DNA of 63,450 bases, filler included, from Octopus bimaculoides (GCF_001194135.2; 7 parts of 6 records of this genome joined end to end with filler, not necessarily neighbours in it); one strand, 5' to 3'; numbered from the whole stretch's first letter, positions 1 through 12,724 are shown. Numbers and translations: made by a program. The notes: generated from the letters alone by a model not told the origin.

Positions 1-87
1 GTTCACTTTATATCCTTCTGAATATAAACAATAAGTTACAAGTAATATCTAAAATTACCCTTCTTACATAACACTCGTCAGTGTGTG

Positions 88-135
<48 letters not shown>

Positions 136-555
136 GCATACACGCACAAATACACACACGCACTAACACACGCATGCGCACACTCATATGCACATGCACA
201 CAGAAACGTCCCACCGACAGTAGCCGCTCTATCTACTAGAAACAGCAGTCATACTTCCTCCAAGTTACATAGCCTAGTTTTTGAAAAATCCTAAATACGT
301 TTGACAGGGTACACTTGGAATCTAAGTGGGATTATCACGGTTGGAATGTCCTAAATAATAGGTCTGTTTTAGTTGGGGTAGAATCAATGACAACGACGTT
401 AAACAAAAACATGCATGCACACACATACACGCACATTCATACACACACATACATATTATATGTGTGTATGTGTGTGTGTGTATGTGCGTATGTGCGTATG
501 TGTGTGTATGTGTGTATGTGTGTGTGTATATGCGTACGTGTGTGTGTGTGTGTGC

Positions 556-590
<35 letters not shown>

Positions 591-829
591 TGTGTCTGTG
601 TGTGTCTGTGTATAAACGAGGAGCATTCTAGAAGGTTTGAAACTTCTTTAGGAGAGGCAAGTATTGCTGTTCTAGATTATTGTAATTTCAGTATATCATT
701 ACTATACATCTAATAAGCTGACCTGCCATTTTTTAAAAATTCCAGATTGAAGGAGCTGGCTGTAACACCACTTTGAACCCACCCTACTAAACACTTGTTA
801 CAGTTGATGAGTTTGCAGAATGCATCCAG

Positions 830-1650
830 GACGTGAAGACAATTTGGATGCTCGCTATGCAATAAAGTTTTGTGCTAAACTGGTCAAAGACGCTACAGAA
901 ACTTATGAAATGCCCCAGATTGCTTAGGGATTAACTTCTATAAGCCAAAACACACACTTTTCACTGGCACAAGTTGTTTAAGGATGGTAGAGAGGAATTG
1001 AGAGACGATGAGAGGTGTGGGAGGGAGAGGGTCGACAAAACATCAGGACTGTTGAGAAAAATCGCAATTTTCCGGATGAAGACCGTTGTGTGTCTATAAA
1101 GACAATAAGCATACTGGTTGGAGATCTACTGTTAAGATCCAGAGACCAAGAGACAGAGTAATGAATGGAAACATCCTGGTTCCTCCAGACCCAAGAAGGT
1201 CAGGAAAAGCAAGTCAAACAGGAAGCTCATGATGATTCCCTTTTTCGATAACAAGGGCATCATCTATATCCACTGGATTCCCTCTGGACAGACGGTCAAC
1301 AAAGAACACCTTGTAGAGGTTTTAAGGGAGTTCAAGAAGAGAATTCGTCGATAAAGGCCGCATCTCTTCTATTCGAGTCGGTGGCACCTGCACCAGGACA
1401 ATGCAGAAGTCCACAATTCCATCCTGGTAACCAAATACTTGACAGAGATGGACATTAAAATAGGTCCTTCACCCTCCTTACAGTCCAGACTTTGCTCTCT
1501 GTGACTTTTGGTTGTTCCCCAAACTGAAGGAGAATCTCAGGAATTGTTGTTTTCGAGAAATTAAGACAAAGGAGACTATAAGGGACCTGAACGCCTTCAC
1601 TTTCCATGGGGTCTTCACGAAGTGGCTGGAGCGCTACAAGTGCGTTGAAC
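830..1650 (+). mobile_element. Decayed mariner transposase with internal deletion
   Basis: Frame-shifted translation gives DARYAIKFC..FHWHKLFKDGRE (HTH region), PETK..EWKHPGSSRPKK, LMMIPFFDNKGIIYIHW, WHLHQDNA, HPPYSPD..CDFWLFPKLKE. The WVP linker and first catalytic Asp region are missing near 1130. Confidence 0.9.
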
Positions 1651-1694
1651 TACCTTTTCCGATAATCGTTTATCTTTTATCTTTTACGTGGTCC

Positions 1695-2070
1695 AGTCAT
1701 TAGATTGCGGCCATGCTGGGGCACCACCTTGAAGAATTTTAGTCGCAGAAGTCGATCCCAGTGATTATTTTTCTTTTTAAGTCTGGTTCTTTTTCTATCG
1801 GAATCTTTTGCAGAACTTCTAAGTTACGGGGGCATAAACATACCAATATCAGTAGTAAAGTAGCAAGGGATGTGCACACACACACACACACACACACATA
1901 CACACTCACACACACACACACATACGACAGACTTCTTTCAGTTTCCGTCTACCAAATCCACTCATAAGGTTTAGGTTGGCCCGAGGCTATGATAGAAGAC
2001 ACTTGCCCAGGGTGTCACACTGTAGGACTAAATCCGGAATCATTTGGTTGGAATGCTAACTTCTTTACAC
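1695..2070 (-). mobile_element. tRNA-derived SINE (family A) with internal (CA)n microsatellite
   Basis: Reverse strand shows a tRNA-like head, the body GGGCAAGTGTCTTCTA..GTGGATTTGGTAGACGGAAACTGAAAGAAG, a CA repeat, and a 3' part ending ..CAGCATGGCCGCA. It is collinear with the copy at 6048-6467. Confidence 0.85.
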
Positions 2071-2384
2071 AGATTTAGTTTTTCTTACCAATTACAGAAA
2101 TCATAACAATTGCTTGGACAAATTCAGAATAAAGAAATGACGAACCTTTAAAGACTGAAATTTTTGTAATTTTTAGTCATCAGATGTAGCCATTCGCGAC
2201 ATCCAATCCAGCAGAGTTCGAGTTTAGGAATATGGTATTAGGTAAGAGTTAAGGCTTGGATTAAAGTGTTGGGTTTAGGGTTCTATAATGAAATTCTCAA
2301 ATAGGTCCAAAGAGCTGATGGATTTACCAGAGTCAAATGGATTTAGACTTGCAGTAACAATCATCAGCAACACCAGAATCTTCA

Positions 2385-2850
2385 CCACCACCACCACCGC
2401 CGCCGACGCAGCCACCACCGACAGCACAACTACCACTACCGACATGAACACCACCACCAAAACCACAATAGCTATCATCAGCAACATCGCTATCATAACT
2501 CATGTTGTTGACACCACCACCACCTCCATATCCACCCCCATCCCCATATCCACCATCATCGCCATACTTATGACGACCTCCACCACCATCACCGTAACCA
2601 CCACGACCATCGACACCACCAATGCCATCATCACCACTGCCATATCAACTATCACAGTAACCTCCACCACCATAAACACTACCACCGTAACCACCACCGA
2701 CACCACCACCATAACCCCCACCACACCCACCACCAACATCACCTCCGCCATCAAGATTATCACCAACACTATTACCATTACAACTATCACCACCACCGGA
2801 TCAACAACAACGAACCCATCACCACCTCACACACAATAACCACCACCATC
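2385..2850. repeat. Degenerate (ACC/CAC/ATC)n trinucleotide tract
   Basis: Imperfect triplet repeats that produce the poly-Thr and poly-Val ORFs. Confidence 0.9.
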
Positions 2851-3333
2851 GCCGCCACTGGAGTTTAATCGGTCCGTAATCCAGCTGTTGAGCTCTGGTT
2901 TAACAGCGGTGAGTTTGAATGTCGTCAGCGGAGGTGTCGAAGGGAAAAGTGACGGAGGTTGGCGGAAGAAGACGAAAGAAGAAAGAAGTAGGAAGAGGGG
3001 AAAATAAGAGAGGGAGAGAGAGAGAGAGGGGGATCGTGGGGTCCAGTGTCGTCCAATGTTGTCATATAACAGCTGTCAATCAGCCAGCAGTCTCCTCCCA
3101 CTCCCCTAGCATGAACACACACACAAACACACAAGCACATACACACACACACAAACACACAAACACACAAGCACACACACACACGCACACATGCATGCAT
3201 GCATCTAGACATATAGAATTATATATATATATATGTGCATACATATATATACACATATAAGGTCGCACGTTAACTGCTAATTTTCCGCATATTTAAGTTG
3301 TCACTGTCTGTGTCTGTCACCTGTGACTGCTTT

Positions 3334-3366
<33 letters not shown>

Positions 3367-3399
3367 CACACACATATATATACACATATACATATGTAT

Positions 3400-3600
3400 A
3401 TTCTTTTACTTGTTTCACTCTCTTCACTGCGGCTATGCTGGAGCACTGCCTTTAGTTGAGCAAATCAACCCCAGGACTTATTCTTTGTAAGCCTAGTACT
3501 TATTTTATCGGTCTTTAAAGCCGAAACGCTAATTTACAGGGACCTAAACACATCAACATTGGTTGTCAAGCGATGGTGGGGGAGATAAACACAAATACAT
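3400..3600 (-). mobile_element. Family A SINE, 3' half
   Basis: TTCTTTTACTTGTTTCA..ATGCTGGAGCACTGCC..GGTTGTCAAGCGATGGTGGGG matches 6048-6240. It runs into a CA/TA repeat and a gap. Confidence 0.85.
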
Positions 3601-3603
3601 AAA

Positions 3604-3663
<60 letters not shown>

Positions 3664-4023
3664 NNNNNNNNNNNNNNNNNNNNNNNNNNNNNNNNNNNNN
3701 NNNNNNNNNNNNNNNNNNNNNNNNNNNNNNNNNNNNNNNNNNNNNNNNNNNNNNNNNNNNNNNNNNNNNNNNNNNNNNNNNNNNNNNNNNNNNNNNNNNN
3801 NNNNNNNNNNNNNNNNNNNNNNNNNNNNNNNNNNNNNNNNNNNNNNNNNNNNNNNNNNNNNNNNNNNNNNNNNNNNNNNNNNNNNNNNNNNNNNNNNNNN
3901 NNNNNNNNNNNNNNNNNNNNNNNNNNNNNNNNNNNNNNNNNNNNNNNNNNNNNNNNNNNNNNNNNNNNNNNNNNNNNNNNNNNNNNNNNNNNNNNNNNTA
4001 TATGAGAGAGAGAGAGAGAGAGA

Positions 4024-4128
4024 CGCAAGAGTGGCTGCATGGTAAGAAGCTTTCTTCCCAACCACATGGTTCCGGGTTCAGTCCCACTGCATGTCACCTT
4101 GGGCAAGTGTCTTCTACTATAGCCTCGC
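4024..4128 (+). mobile_element. Family A SINE head (3'-truncated)
   Basis: GTGGCTGCATGGTAAGAAGC..GGTTCCGGGTTCAGTCCCAC..CCTTGGGCAAGTGTCTTCTACTATAGCC, containing A-box and B-box-like motifs. Confidence 0.85.
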
Positions 4129-4138
4129 GCTATATATA

Positions 4139-5268
4139 CAGGGCTTGGACAAAATAATGGAAACACCTCAAAATTTCAAACAATTTATTTTAATATAGGG
4201 TAGGACCACCTTTGACAGTAATTACAGCTTGAATTCTATGAGGTATGGACTCTTACAAAGTTTGAATTGTTTAAGGAATTTTTTGTTCATTCTTCAGCTA
4301 AAACAGTCTCCAGTTCTTGTAGTGATGATGGTGCAGGATATCGACCACTTGTTCTCCTAAAATGCACCATAAATGTTCAATAATATTGAGATTTGGAGAC
4401 TGTGGTGGCCAGATAAGATGTTCAACTTCACTAGAATGTTCCTCTTGCCATTCAGTAACAACTTTAGCTGTGTGAATTGGTGCATTATCATCTTGAAAGA
4501 TTGTGTTTCCCTCCGGAAACAGTTCCGCAACCATAGGATGAATTTGATCAGATAAAATGCTTAAATAGTCTTGACTATTAATTCTGCCATGAAGGGAAAC
4601 CATTGGGCTGGCGGATTTCCAAGATATGGCCCTCCAGATCATCACAGATCCTCTTCCCTGTTTAACAGTTGGAAGAAGGNNNNNNNNNNNNNNNNNNNNN
4701 NNNNNNNNNNNNNNNNNNNNNNNNNNCACACATATACTCAGCCGGTGATCGGAAATAAGGTAAAAGATGTCTCGTCCGAGAAAATAACATTCTTTCACTG
4801 CTCTAGGGACCAATTCTATAGGTTTTTACTCCAATCTAAACGCTTTGCAACGTTTGTTTTGAAAGTAGTGATTTTCTGATTCCAGCCCTCCCGTAAAATC
4901 CAGCTTTGTGCAGCTCCCGGCGAACAGTTTTTTCCCTCTTTCTCAAAGGCTGTCATTACTTTCGAGACAGTACTTCTTGATACAGCAAACATTTCGGCTG
5001 TTTTCATTACTTTAGCACCTGCCATACGAGCACCAAGAATTTGACCTCTTTGAAAGCCCGATAGATCTGTCATTTTAATGAAGTTTAATTACCTTTTCTG
5101 ATGGTATCTGAAACGAAACAGCAATTTTAGCAAAACATATTAAGCAATATCAATAATAAATCCAAAAAACATAAAAACAAACAAACTTTTGACGGTTTTA
5201 CAGATATTTCAAAATTATGGTGCTATGATGCTAGGTGCTTCCATCATTTTGTCCAACCCCGGCTCGTG
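4139..5268 (-). mobile_element. Tc1-like transposon with both TIRs, internally deleted
   Basis: TIRs are CAGGGCTTGGACAAAATAATGGAAACACC and, in reverse complement, CGGGGTTGGACAAAATGATGGAAGCACC, with TA flanks. ORFs read MTDLSGFQRGQILGARMAG.. and SVMIW..FQDDNAPIH..WPPQSPNLNIIEHLW. Confidence 0.93.
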
Positions 5269-5439
5269 TATAGGCACTGCGGAACCGCAGCACCCCCTAT
5301 TTCCCCTCGATATCATTGATAACATTCAATATAATGAGTCCTCTTTTCTTTAATTCTTCCTTTATTTTTCTACATAATATAATCCTTAAGCTTATGTTTA
5401 TGGAAAAAGTACAAAAATCCTTGTATAGAAATGTGCGCT

Positions 5440-6026
5440 TCGCAGTGACAGTGTTTGGTTGCTGTGCGCATGTTCGGAAAATTTGTGAGGAACCCATTGA
5501 CCCAATTTCTTGATTTTTCCAATGACACACAGTTGTCGATGAATGGTTGAATGACCAAATCCAAGCTTCTCCGCTAGTTCAACAGTTACGATGCTATTTT
5601 GTTCCACCAGGGTTTGCAGGACATCCTCATCGAGCTCTACAGATCTTCCAGGATGAGGCTCGTCTTCTAGGCTTTAGTTTCCGGCTCAGAATTTCTGGAA
5701 CCACCGTTGACACTGGCTTGCGCTTATTGTCCGGCCCCCATATACTGCATTAATATTCCTCGCCTTTTCCGTTGCGTTGCTGCCTTTATTGAACTCATAA
5801 AGCAAAATATGTCGAATATGCTCCTTTGTCACTTCTATTATACCTTTGTAAAAAATAACTGTTAAAATAGAACTGCACTCTTCAAAACTTGCACTAAGAA
5901 TAAGGACAGGGTAAAATTACCATCTGCTTTTATAGTAAGTTGCTGCAGGTAGTTTATCCCGTCCCTCTCCGACTTTTAGTTCATGCAATTGAAAAAAAAA
6001 GCGCATTATTTATGGGATGACCCAAT
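5440..6026 (-). mobile_element. Mariner 5' fragment with TIR
   Basis: Translation gives YEFNKGSNATE..QCQRWFQKF..EDEPHPGR..LGQWVPHK. A TIR-like TATTGGGTCATCCCATAAATAATGCG lies at about 6000-6026. Confidence 0.88.
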
Positions 6027-6047
6027 ATGTATGTATGTGTGTATGTA

Positions 6048-6259
6048 TTCTTTTATTTGTTTCAGCCGTTTCATGGCCATGCTGGAGCACCACCTTTAAA
6101 CGAACAAATCGACCCCAGAACATTTTCTTTGTAAGTCTAGTACTTATTCTATCGGGTTCTTTTCGCCGAATCGCTAGGTTACGGGGACGTAAACACACCA
6201 ACATCGGTTGTCAAGTGATGGTGAGGGCACAAACACAGACACAGACACAGAAACACACA

Positions 6260-6299
<40 letters not shown>

Positions 6300-6467
6300 T
6301 ATATATACGACGGGCTTATTTCAGTTTCCGTCTACCAAATCCACTCACAAGACTTTGGTCGGCCCGAGTATATAATAGAAGACACTTGCCCAAAGTGCCA
6401 CGCAGTGGGACTGAACCCCAAACCATGTGGTTGGTAAGCAAGCTACTTACCACACAGTCACTCCTGC
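6048..6467 (-). mobile_element. Full-length family A tRNA-SINE
   Basis: Head, body, internal (CA)n and tail are all present. It serves as the reference copy for the family in this window. Confidence 0.9.
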
Positions 6468-6484
6468 GCCTGTATATACATATA

Positions 6485-6971
6485 CAGGTACTGGGCAAAA
6501 TAGTGGAAACACCTAGCATCATAGCATCATAATTTTGAAATATCTATAAAACCGTCAAAAGCTTGTTATTTCTATGTTTTTTGATTTATTATTAGTGTTC
6601 CCTAATATGTTTTGCTAAAATTGCTGTTTCTTTTCAGATATCATCAAAAAAAGGTAATTAAAATTCATTAAAATGACAGATCTATCGGACTTTCAGAGAG
6701 GTCAAATTATTGGTGCTCGTATGGCAGGCGCTAGCGTAATGAAAACAACCAAAATGTTTGGTGTATCAAGAAGTACTGTCTCAAAAATACTGACAGCCTT
6801 TGAGAAAGAGGCAAAAACATCTTCGTCAAGACAAAACTCCTGAAGAAAACCAAAACTTTCGATAGGGACCATCGAACTTTTACTCGAATTGTTAGAAAGG
6901 ATCACAAAAGTGCAGCTCCCAAAATTACTGCAGAGCTTAATGACCACCTCAAGAACTCAGTTTCCACAAAA
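6485..6971 (+). mobile_element. Tc1-like transposon 5' half (same family as 4139-5268), runs into a gap
   Basis: TA|CAGGTACTGGGCAAAATAGTGGAAACACC TIR and ATGACAGATCTATCGGACTTTCAGAGAGG ORF start. Confidence 0.92.
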
Positions 6972-7824
6972 NNNNNNNNNNNNNNNNNNNNNNNNNNNNN
7001 NNNNNNNNNNNNNNNNNNNNNNNNNNNNNNNNNNNNNNNNNNNNNNNNNNNNNNNNNNNNNNNNNNNNNNNNNNNNNNNNNNNNNNNNNNNNNNNNNNNN
7101 NNNNNNNNNNNNNNNNNNNNNNNNNNNNNNNNNNNNNNNNNNNNNNNNNNNNNNNNNNNNNNNNNNNNNNNNNNNNNNNNNNNNNNNNNNNNNNNNNNNN
7201 NNNNNNNNNNNNNNNNNNNNNNNNNNNNNNNNNNNNNNNNNNNNNNNNNNNNNNNNNNNNNNNNNNNNNNNNNNNNNNNNNNNNNNNNNNNNNNNNNNNN
7301 NNNNNNNNNNNNNNNNNNNNNNNNNNNNNNNNNNNNNNNNNNNNNNNNNNNNNNNNNNNNNNNNNNNNNNNNNNNNNNNNNNNNNNNNNNNNNNNNNNNN
7401 NNNNNNNNNNNNNNNNNNNNNNNNNNNNNNNNNNNNNNNNNNNNNNNNNNNNNNNNNNNNNNNNNNNNNNNNNNNNNNNNNNNNNNNNNNNNNNNNNNNN
7501 NNNNNNNNNNNNNNNNNNNNNNNNNNNNNNNNNNNNNNNNNNNNNNNNNNNNNNNNNNNNNNNNNNNNNNNNNNNNNNNNNNNNNNNNNNNNNNNNNNNN
7601 NNNNNNNNNNNNNNNNNNNNNNNNNNNNNNNNNNNNNNNNNNNNNNNNNNNNNNNNNNNNNNNNNNNNNNNNNNNNNNNNNNNNNNNNNNNNNNNNNNNN
7701 NNNNNNNNNNNNNNNNNNNNNNNNNNNNNNNNNNNNNNNNNNNNNNNNNNNNNNNNNNNNNNNNNNNNNNNNNNNNNNNNNNNNTATATATATATATGTA
7801 TGTATGTATGTATGTATACATCTA

Positions 7825-10810
7825 AATGTGTATGGTGATTGCTTCACCTTTGTAGACGGCCGCCGTCTCCCCATGTACCACCATCAGCCGTCATCAGCTC
7901 CAAACGTCCGTTCATGCCCCCTTAGCTGGCTTTTAAGTGCAGCATTAGATTTGCACGGTCTGCAGCAAACGCAACAGACAAAAGATGTGCCCTCTATTGG
8001 ATTTATTGAGTGAATTTGTGGGACGTCGTCCTTATGTACCCTCATATGCCTTTTAAGACTAGGTATTGATTTGCAGATCTCTTTGCACACCGCACATGTT
8101 GTCTCAACTAGCAGTGGAGGGACAGAGCTGCATACAATTGGCTTTTTATGTGATTTTAAATGAGTGATGTACTCAAATTTGGAGAGCAGTAAACAACCAC
8201 ACACACCTCACAAATCCAGCTCACTATGTTCTTTTTGATGTTCATACTGTAGCCTTTTCGAAGCTGGCATTTAAGTTTTTCATAATCAAGACGTCTCTCT
8301 TCAAACATTCTGCAGCCTTCCTTCACACATCCTCTCCATTTGCTCCTCTTTAAAGCAAAGCAGTTCCCAGTTCCAATCTTCAATCTGAAGATCTTTAAGG
8401 TTGTTTTTTTTATGCACTCTTTATATCTTTTTCTTGGTTTGTGCTGAGGGCCTTTCCCAGCGTGCAATTGACTGTAAAATAGTTGTTTTGGGAGTCTTTC
8501 CTCATTCATGCGCACAACATGGCCTACCCAACGCATTTGAGAGGATATGATGGTAGATTCAATGCTCGTGCAGCCAGCATCTATAAGGATTTGTGTGTCA
8601 GGTATTTTCTGTTGTCATTTGATGTTTAAGATTCTTCTTAAATACTTTTGGTTAAAGTGCTCAAGCAAATTTAGGTTCTTACGATGTACTGTCCACGTTT
8701 CCGAAGAGTACAACAGAGCACTTAGAATACAGGACTAGGTCTTTATATTGATGCCATGATGTGCCCACACTCTCTTTTCGAGTTTACCAAAGGCTACAGA
8801 AGCCTTCTGAATATGCAGGTGTATTTCTGCATCAAGTGAACCATCTCTTGATAATGTACTACTCAGGTAAACAAAAGTGTCAATTACACCCGACCTAGTT
8901 CCATGCATCATTATATTTGACTCGGTGTATGCTTCTCCTAGTGATGGAGTGAACATTACCTTGGTCTTTTTTTAATTAATTTCCATGCTGAAGGCATTAC
9001 AAGATGCTGCAAAACAATCCATGATGTGTTGCATGTCATCTTGAGAGTGAGCCAAAAAGTTAACATCGTCTGCTTACAAGAGTTCTCTAATTTGAAATTG
9101 AACCTTCTTAGGTCAAAGAACCTTCCTGTAGTTCTAATTTGCAATAGAATGCCCTTGCACAGTCCTGGAATGTATGAGTCAGCATCACAGCAAAAAATAT
9201 TGAGAACAGTGTGAGAGCCAGGATATCTCCCTGCTTCACGCCATTATCAACTGCGATTTCATTGGACAATTTTCCATTCAAGACAGCCCGAACATTCATA
9301 CTTCTGTGCAGACGAGCGAAATTATCAATAAACTTTGGTGGGCACCCTATTTTCCCTAATATTCTCTGTTCACTGTATGAAAGGCCTTTGTCAGATCAAC
9401 AAAGTCCTGATACAGAGGAACCCGCTGCTCAATATATTTCTTCTGAATCTGTCTTGCTGAGAAGATCATATCAATCGTCCCTCAGCCAGATCTAAAGCTT
9501 CTTTGTGATTCAGGGATTACTGTAGGACAAATGTCCTCCATCAATCTGTTCAACAATAATCTAGCAAGAACTTTGCCCACAGATTCCAACAGTGATGCCC
9601 GGGTAATGATCGCAGATTCCTTTATATCCCTTGCCTTTAAACAAGGTCACCAAGATACCATCTATCGAACCTTAGGGTATAGGAGCTCCATCCCAACACT
9701 CTGTGATGAGATGAAGTATTGTTTGTGCTATGTTCTTATTACCAACCTTCAGCAGTTCCACAGGAATGCCATCTGATTCAGGTGCCTTACTTGTGTTTAA
9801 TTGGTTGATGGCCATTTTAACCTCATTATAATTTGGTAATCGATCCATTTTGAAATTTACAACACATTGGGTGATGCCATCTAGCACCTCATGATCAACT
9901 CATGATGGATTATCAAATAAATCAGAGAAATGTTCTTGCCAACGTTTAAGGATTTTCTCTGACACCTTGATGACGGCAGTATTGTCTTTGGACCTAATGG
10001 GAACAATAGACAAAGTTGTTGGATCATATACTACACGCAAAAGACCATAGAACAATTTAAAATCCTTTGCGTTATAAGCATTTTGAATATCTTCAGAGAT
10101 CTTCAACCACCACTTATTTTTAAGCTTTCTCAGCTCACGTTGTAAGGTGGCTTTATATTCTTTATATGTCTTTTTAATAGCAGTTAAATTCGTAAGGCAC
10201 TCTTCCGGAAGCTTTTCATGGAGAGCATGTCTTTTCTTTAAAAGTTGGCTGATAATTAGATTATTATCATCAAACCAAGGTCTATGTTTTTTTCTTTTTT
10301 TTTTGCTCTGAATCCAAGTTCTTCTGCTCCTACTGTGTACAATTGATCCCTGAAGTTTATCCACGTTCCATCGAAGTCACTATCATTCAAACGTTTATTC
10401 GAAGCCTCAAGTATACCTTGCTGTTTTAACTTTCCAACATCAATACACTTCACAGTTTTGATCCCACACATACGAGAATTTTTCCAAATAAGTAACTTAA
10501 ATTTCCCCCGAGCCATCTTATTGTCTGTGTTGCATTCTGCACTACGCATGACACGCACATTGCAGGCATCATTCAGATCGCATCTCCGGGTTACTATGAA
10601 ATTTATCATGTAGCCATCTTTTGACTTTGGGTGTATCCAGGTAATTTTATGCTTCTTCTTTTGGCGGAAGAATGTGTTGCAAATTGTTAGGTTCAGCTCT
10701 GAACAGAGCTCAAGCAGCTTCAGACCATTGGCATTCATCTTACCGATGCCGTAATGACCTAGTGCACCCAATGTCTCATGGTCTCTGCCAAATTGAGCAT
10801 TAAAATCACC
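7825..10810 (-). mobile_element. RTE-clade LINE (family 1): partial APE, RT and three C-terminal C2H2-type fingers; decayed
   Basis: APE shows GDFNAQFG..NGLKLLELC..NTFF..TWIHP. RT shows KAPESDG, GVKQGDILA, FVYLSSTLS and RWVGHVVRM..LPKQLFY. An (ATAC)n tail follows. Many frameshifts and stops. Confidence 0.93.
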
Positions 10811-10914
10811 AAGGATTTGCGTTCCCTCTCTCAAGATCCCAAGTTCAGCCATACATTGCTCCGGATGGGTTGGTATGTATCCTGTTGTTATGTATGAATG
10901 TATGTGTGTATGTA

Positions 10915-11245
10915 TTTAAGGACTGTGTCAAGTCCTCATTAAAGGCATGTGGTATGCAGGACACTGACTGAGAGAACAAGGTTAAGGAGGGAATCGACAC
11001 TTTTGAGAGAGCACGTAACCAGCATTAAGAACTTAAGCGAGCTGCGCGAAAGCGCACGGCTCGTATAGTGAATGGGGAAAGCTTGGTCTGCAATGTTTGC
11101 AGTCGTGTATGCTTGTCAAGAGCAGGGCTCATTAACCACCAACGGAGCCGAAAATGCAAAATATAAGTTAGTCCTAGAGCGCACAATGTTCCTGAAGGTC
11201 GTCAGTGGTCTTCCTCGATCACGAGTGGACGGCCATCATCATGTA
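10915..11245 (+). mobile_element. RTE LINE (family 2) 3' end, 5'-truncated
   Basis: Collinear with 43545-43886 (LVCNVCSRVCLSRAGL finger, ..GTGGACGGCCATCATC end), followed by a (GTAT)n tail. Confidence 0.85.
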
Positions 11246-12724
11246 TGTATGTATGTATGNNNNNNNNNNNNNNNNNNNNNNNNNNNNNNNNNNNNNNNNN
11301 NNNNNNNNNNNNNNNNNNNNNNNNNNNNNNNNNNNNNNNNNNNNNNNNNNNNNNNNNNNNNNNNNNNNNNNNNNNNNNNNNNNNNNNNNNNNNNNNNNNN
11401 NNNNNNNNNNNNNNNNNNNNNNNNNNNNNNNNNNNNNNNNNNNNNNNNNNNNNNNNNNNNNNNNNNNNNNNNNNNNNNNNNNNNNNNNNNNNNNNNNNNN
11501 NNNNNNNNNNNNNNNNNNNNNNNNNNNNNNNNNNNNNNNNNNNNNNNNNNNNNNNNNNNNNNNNNNNNNNNNNNNNNNNNNNNNNNNNNNNNNNNNNNNN
11601 NNNNNNNNNNNNNNNNNNNNNNNNNNNNNNNNNNNNNNNNNNNNNNNNNNNNNNNNTCTTGCAGAATGTTATAGTCCCAGATATCGTGGCCATTTGAAGA
11701 ATATGAATTAAGGATTTGCGTTCTCTCCCCAAGACCCCAAGCTCAGCCATACATACGAAAGGTGTGTGTCCTGTCGCTATGTGTGTATCTATGTATGGAT
11801 GGATGGATGGATGGATGGATGGATGGATGGGTGGGTGGATAGATGGGTGGATGGACAGAGGGATGGATTGAAACAAAGGAAGACTTGGAAATTTGGTGGT
11901 TGTGGGTGTGGTTGAAATGGTGCCGGGGATGGTGAGAGTGGCGATAGCCGTGGTGGTGGTGGTGGTGGTGGTGGTTGTGAGGATGATTATGCAGATGACG
12001 ATGGCGATGATGATGAGGATGAGGATGAGGATGAGGATGAGGATGATGATGATGATGATGATGATGAAGATGGTGCTGGTGGAGGTNNNNNNNNNNNNNN
12101 NNNNNNNNNNNNNNNNNNNNNNNNNNNNNNNNNNNNNNNNNNNNNNNNNNNNNNNNNNNNNNNNNNNNNNNNNNNNNNNNNNNNNNNNNNNNNNNNNNNN
12201 NNNNNNNNNNNNNNNNNNNNNNNNNNNNNNNNNNNNNNNNNNNNNNNNNNNNNNNNNNNNNNNNNNNNNNNNNNNNNNNNNNNNNNNNNNNNNNNNNNNN
12301 NNNNNNNNNNNNNNNNNNNNNNNNNNNNNNNNNNNNNNNNNNNNNNNNNNNNNNNNNNNNNNNNNNNNNNNNNNNNNNNNNNNNNNNNNNNNNNNNNNNN
12401 NNNNNNNNNNNNNNNNNNNNNNNNNNNNNNNNNNNNNNNNNNNNNNNNNNNNNNNNNNNNNNNNNNNNNNNNNNNNNNNNNNNNNNNNNNNNNNNNNNNN
12501 NNNNNNNNNNNNNNNNNNNNNNNNNNNNNNNNNNNNNNNNNNNNNNNNNNNNNNNNNNNNNNNNNNNNNNNNNNNNNNNNNNNNNNNNNNNNNNNNNNNN
12601 NNNNNNNNNNNNNNNNNNNNNNNNNNNNNNNNNNNNNNNNNNNNNNNNNNNNNNNNNNNNNNNNNNNNNNNNNNNNNNNNNNNNNNNNNNNNNNNNNNNN
12701 NNNNNNNNNNNNNNNNNNNNNNNN

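Noticed and set aside
2288-2839. 183-aa Thr-rich mucin-like ORF
   Set aside because: By-product of a degenerate ACC/ATC repeat. The opposite strand is equally open (poly-Val), and there is no signal peptide or splice support.
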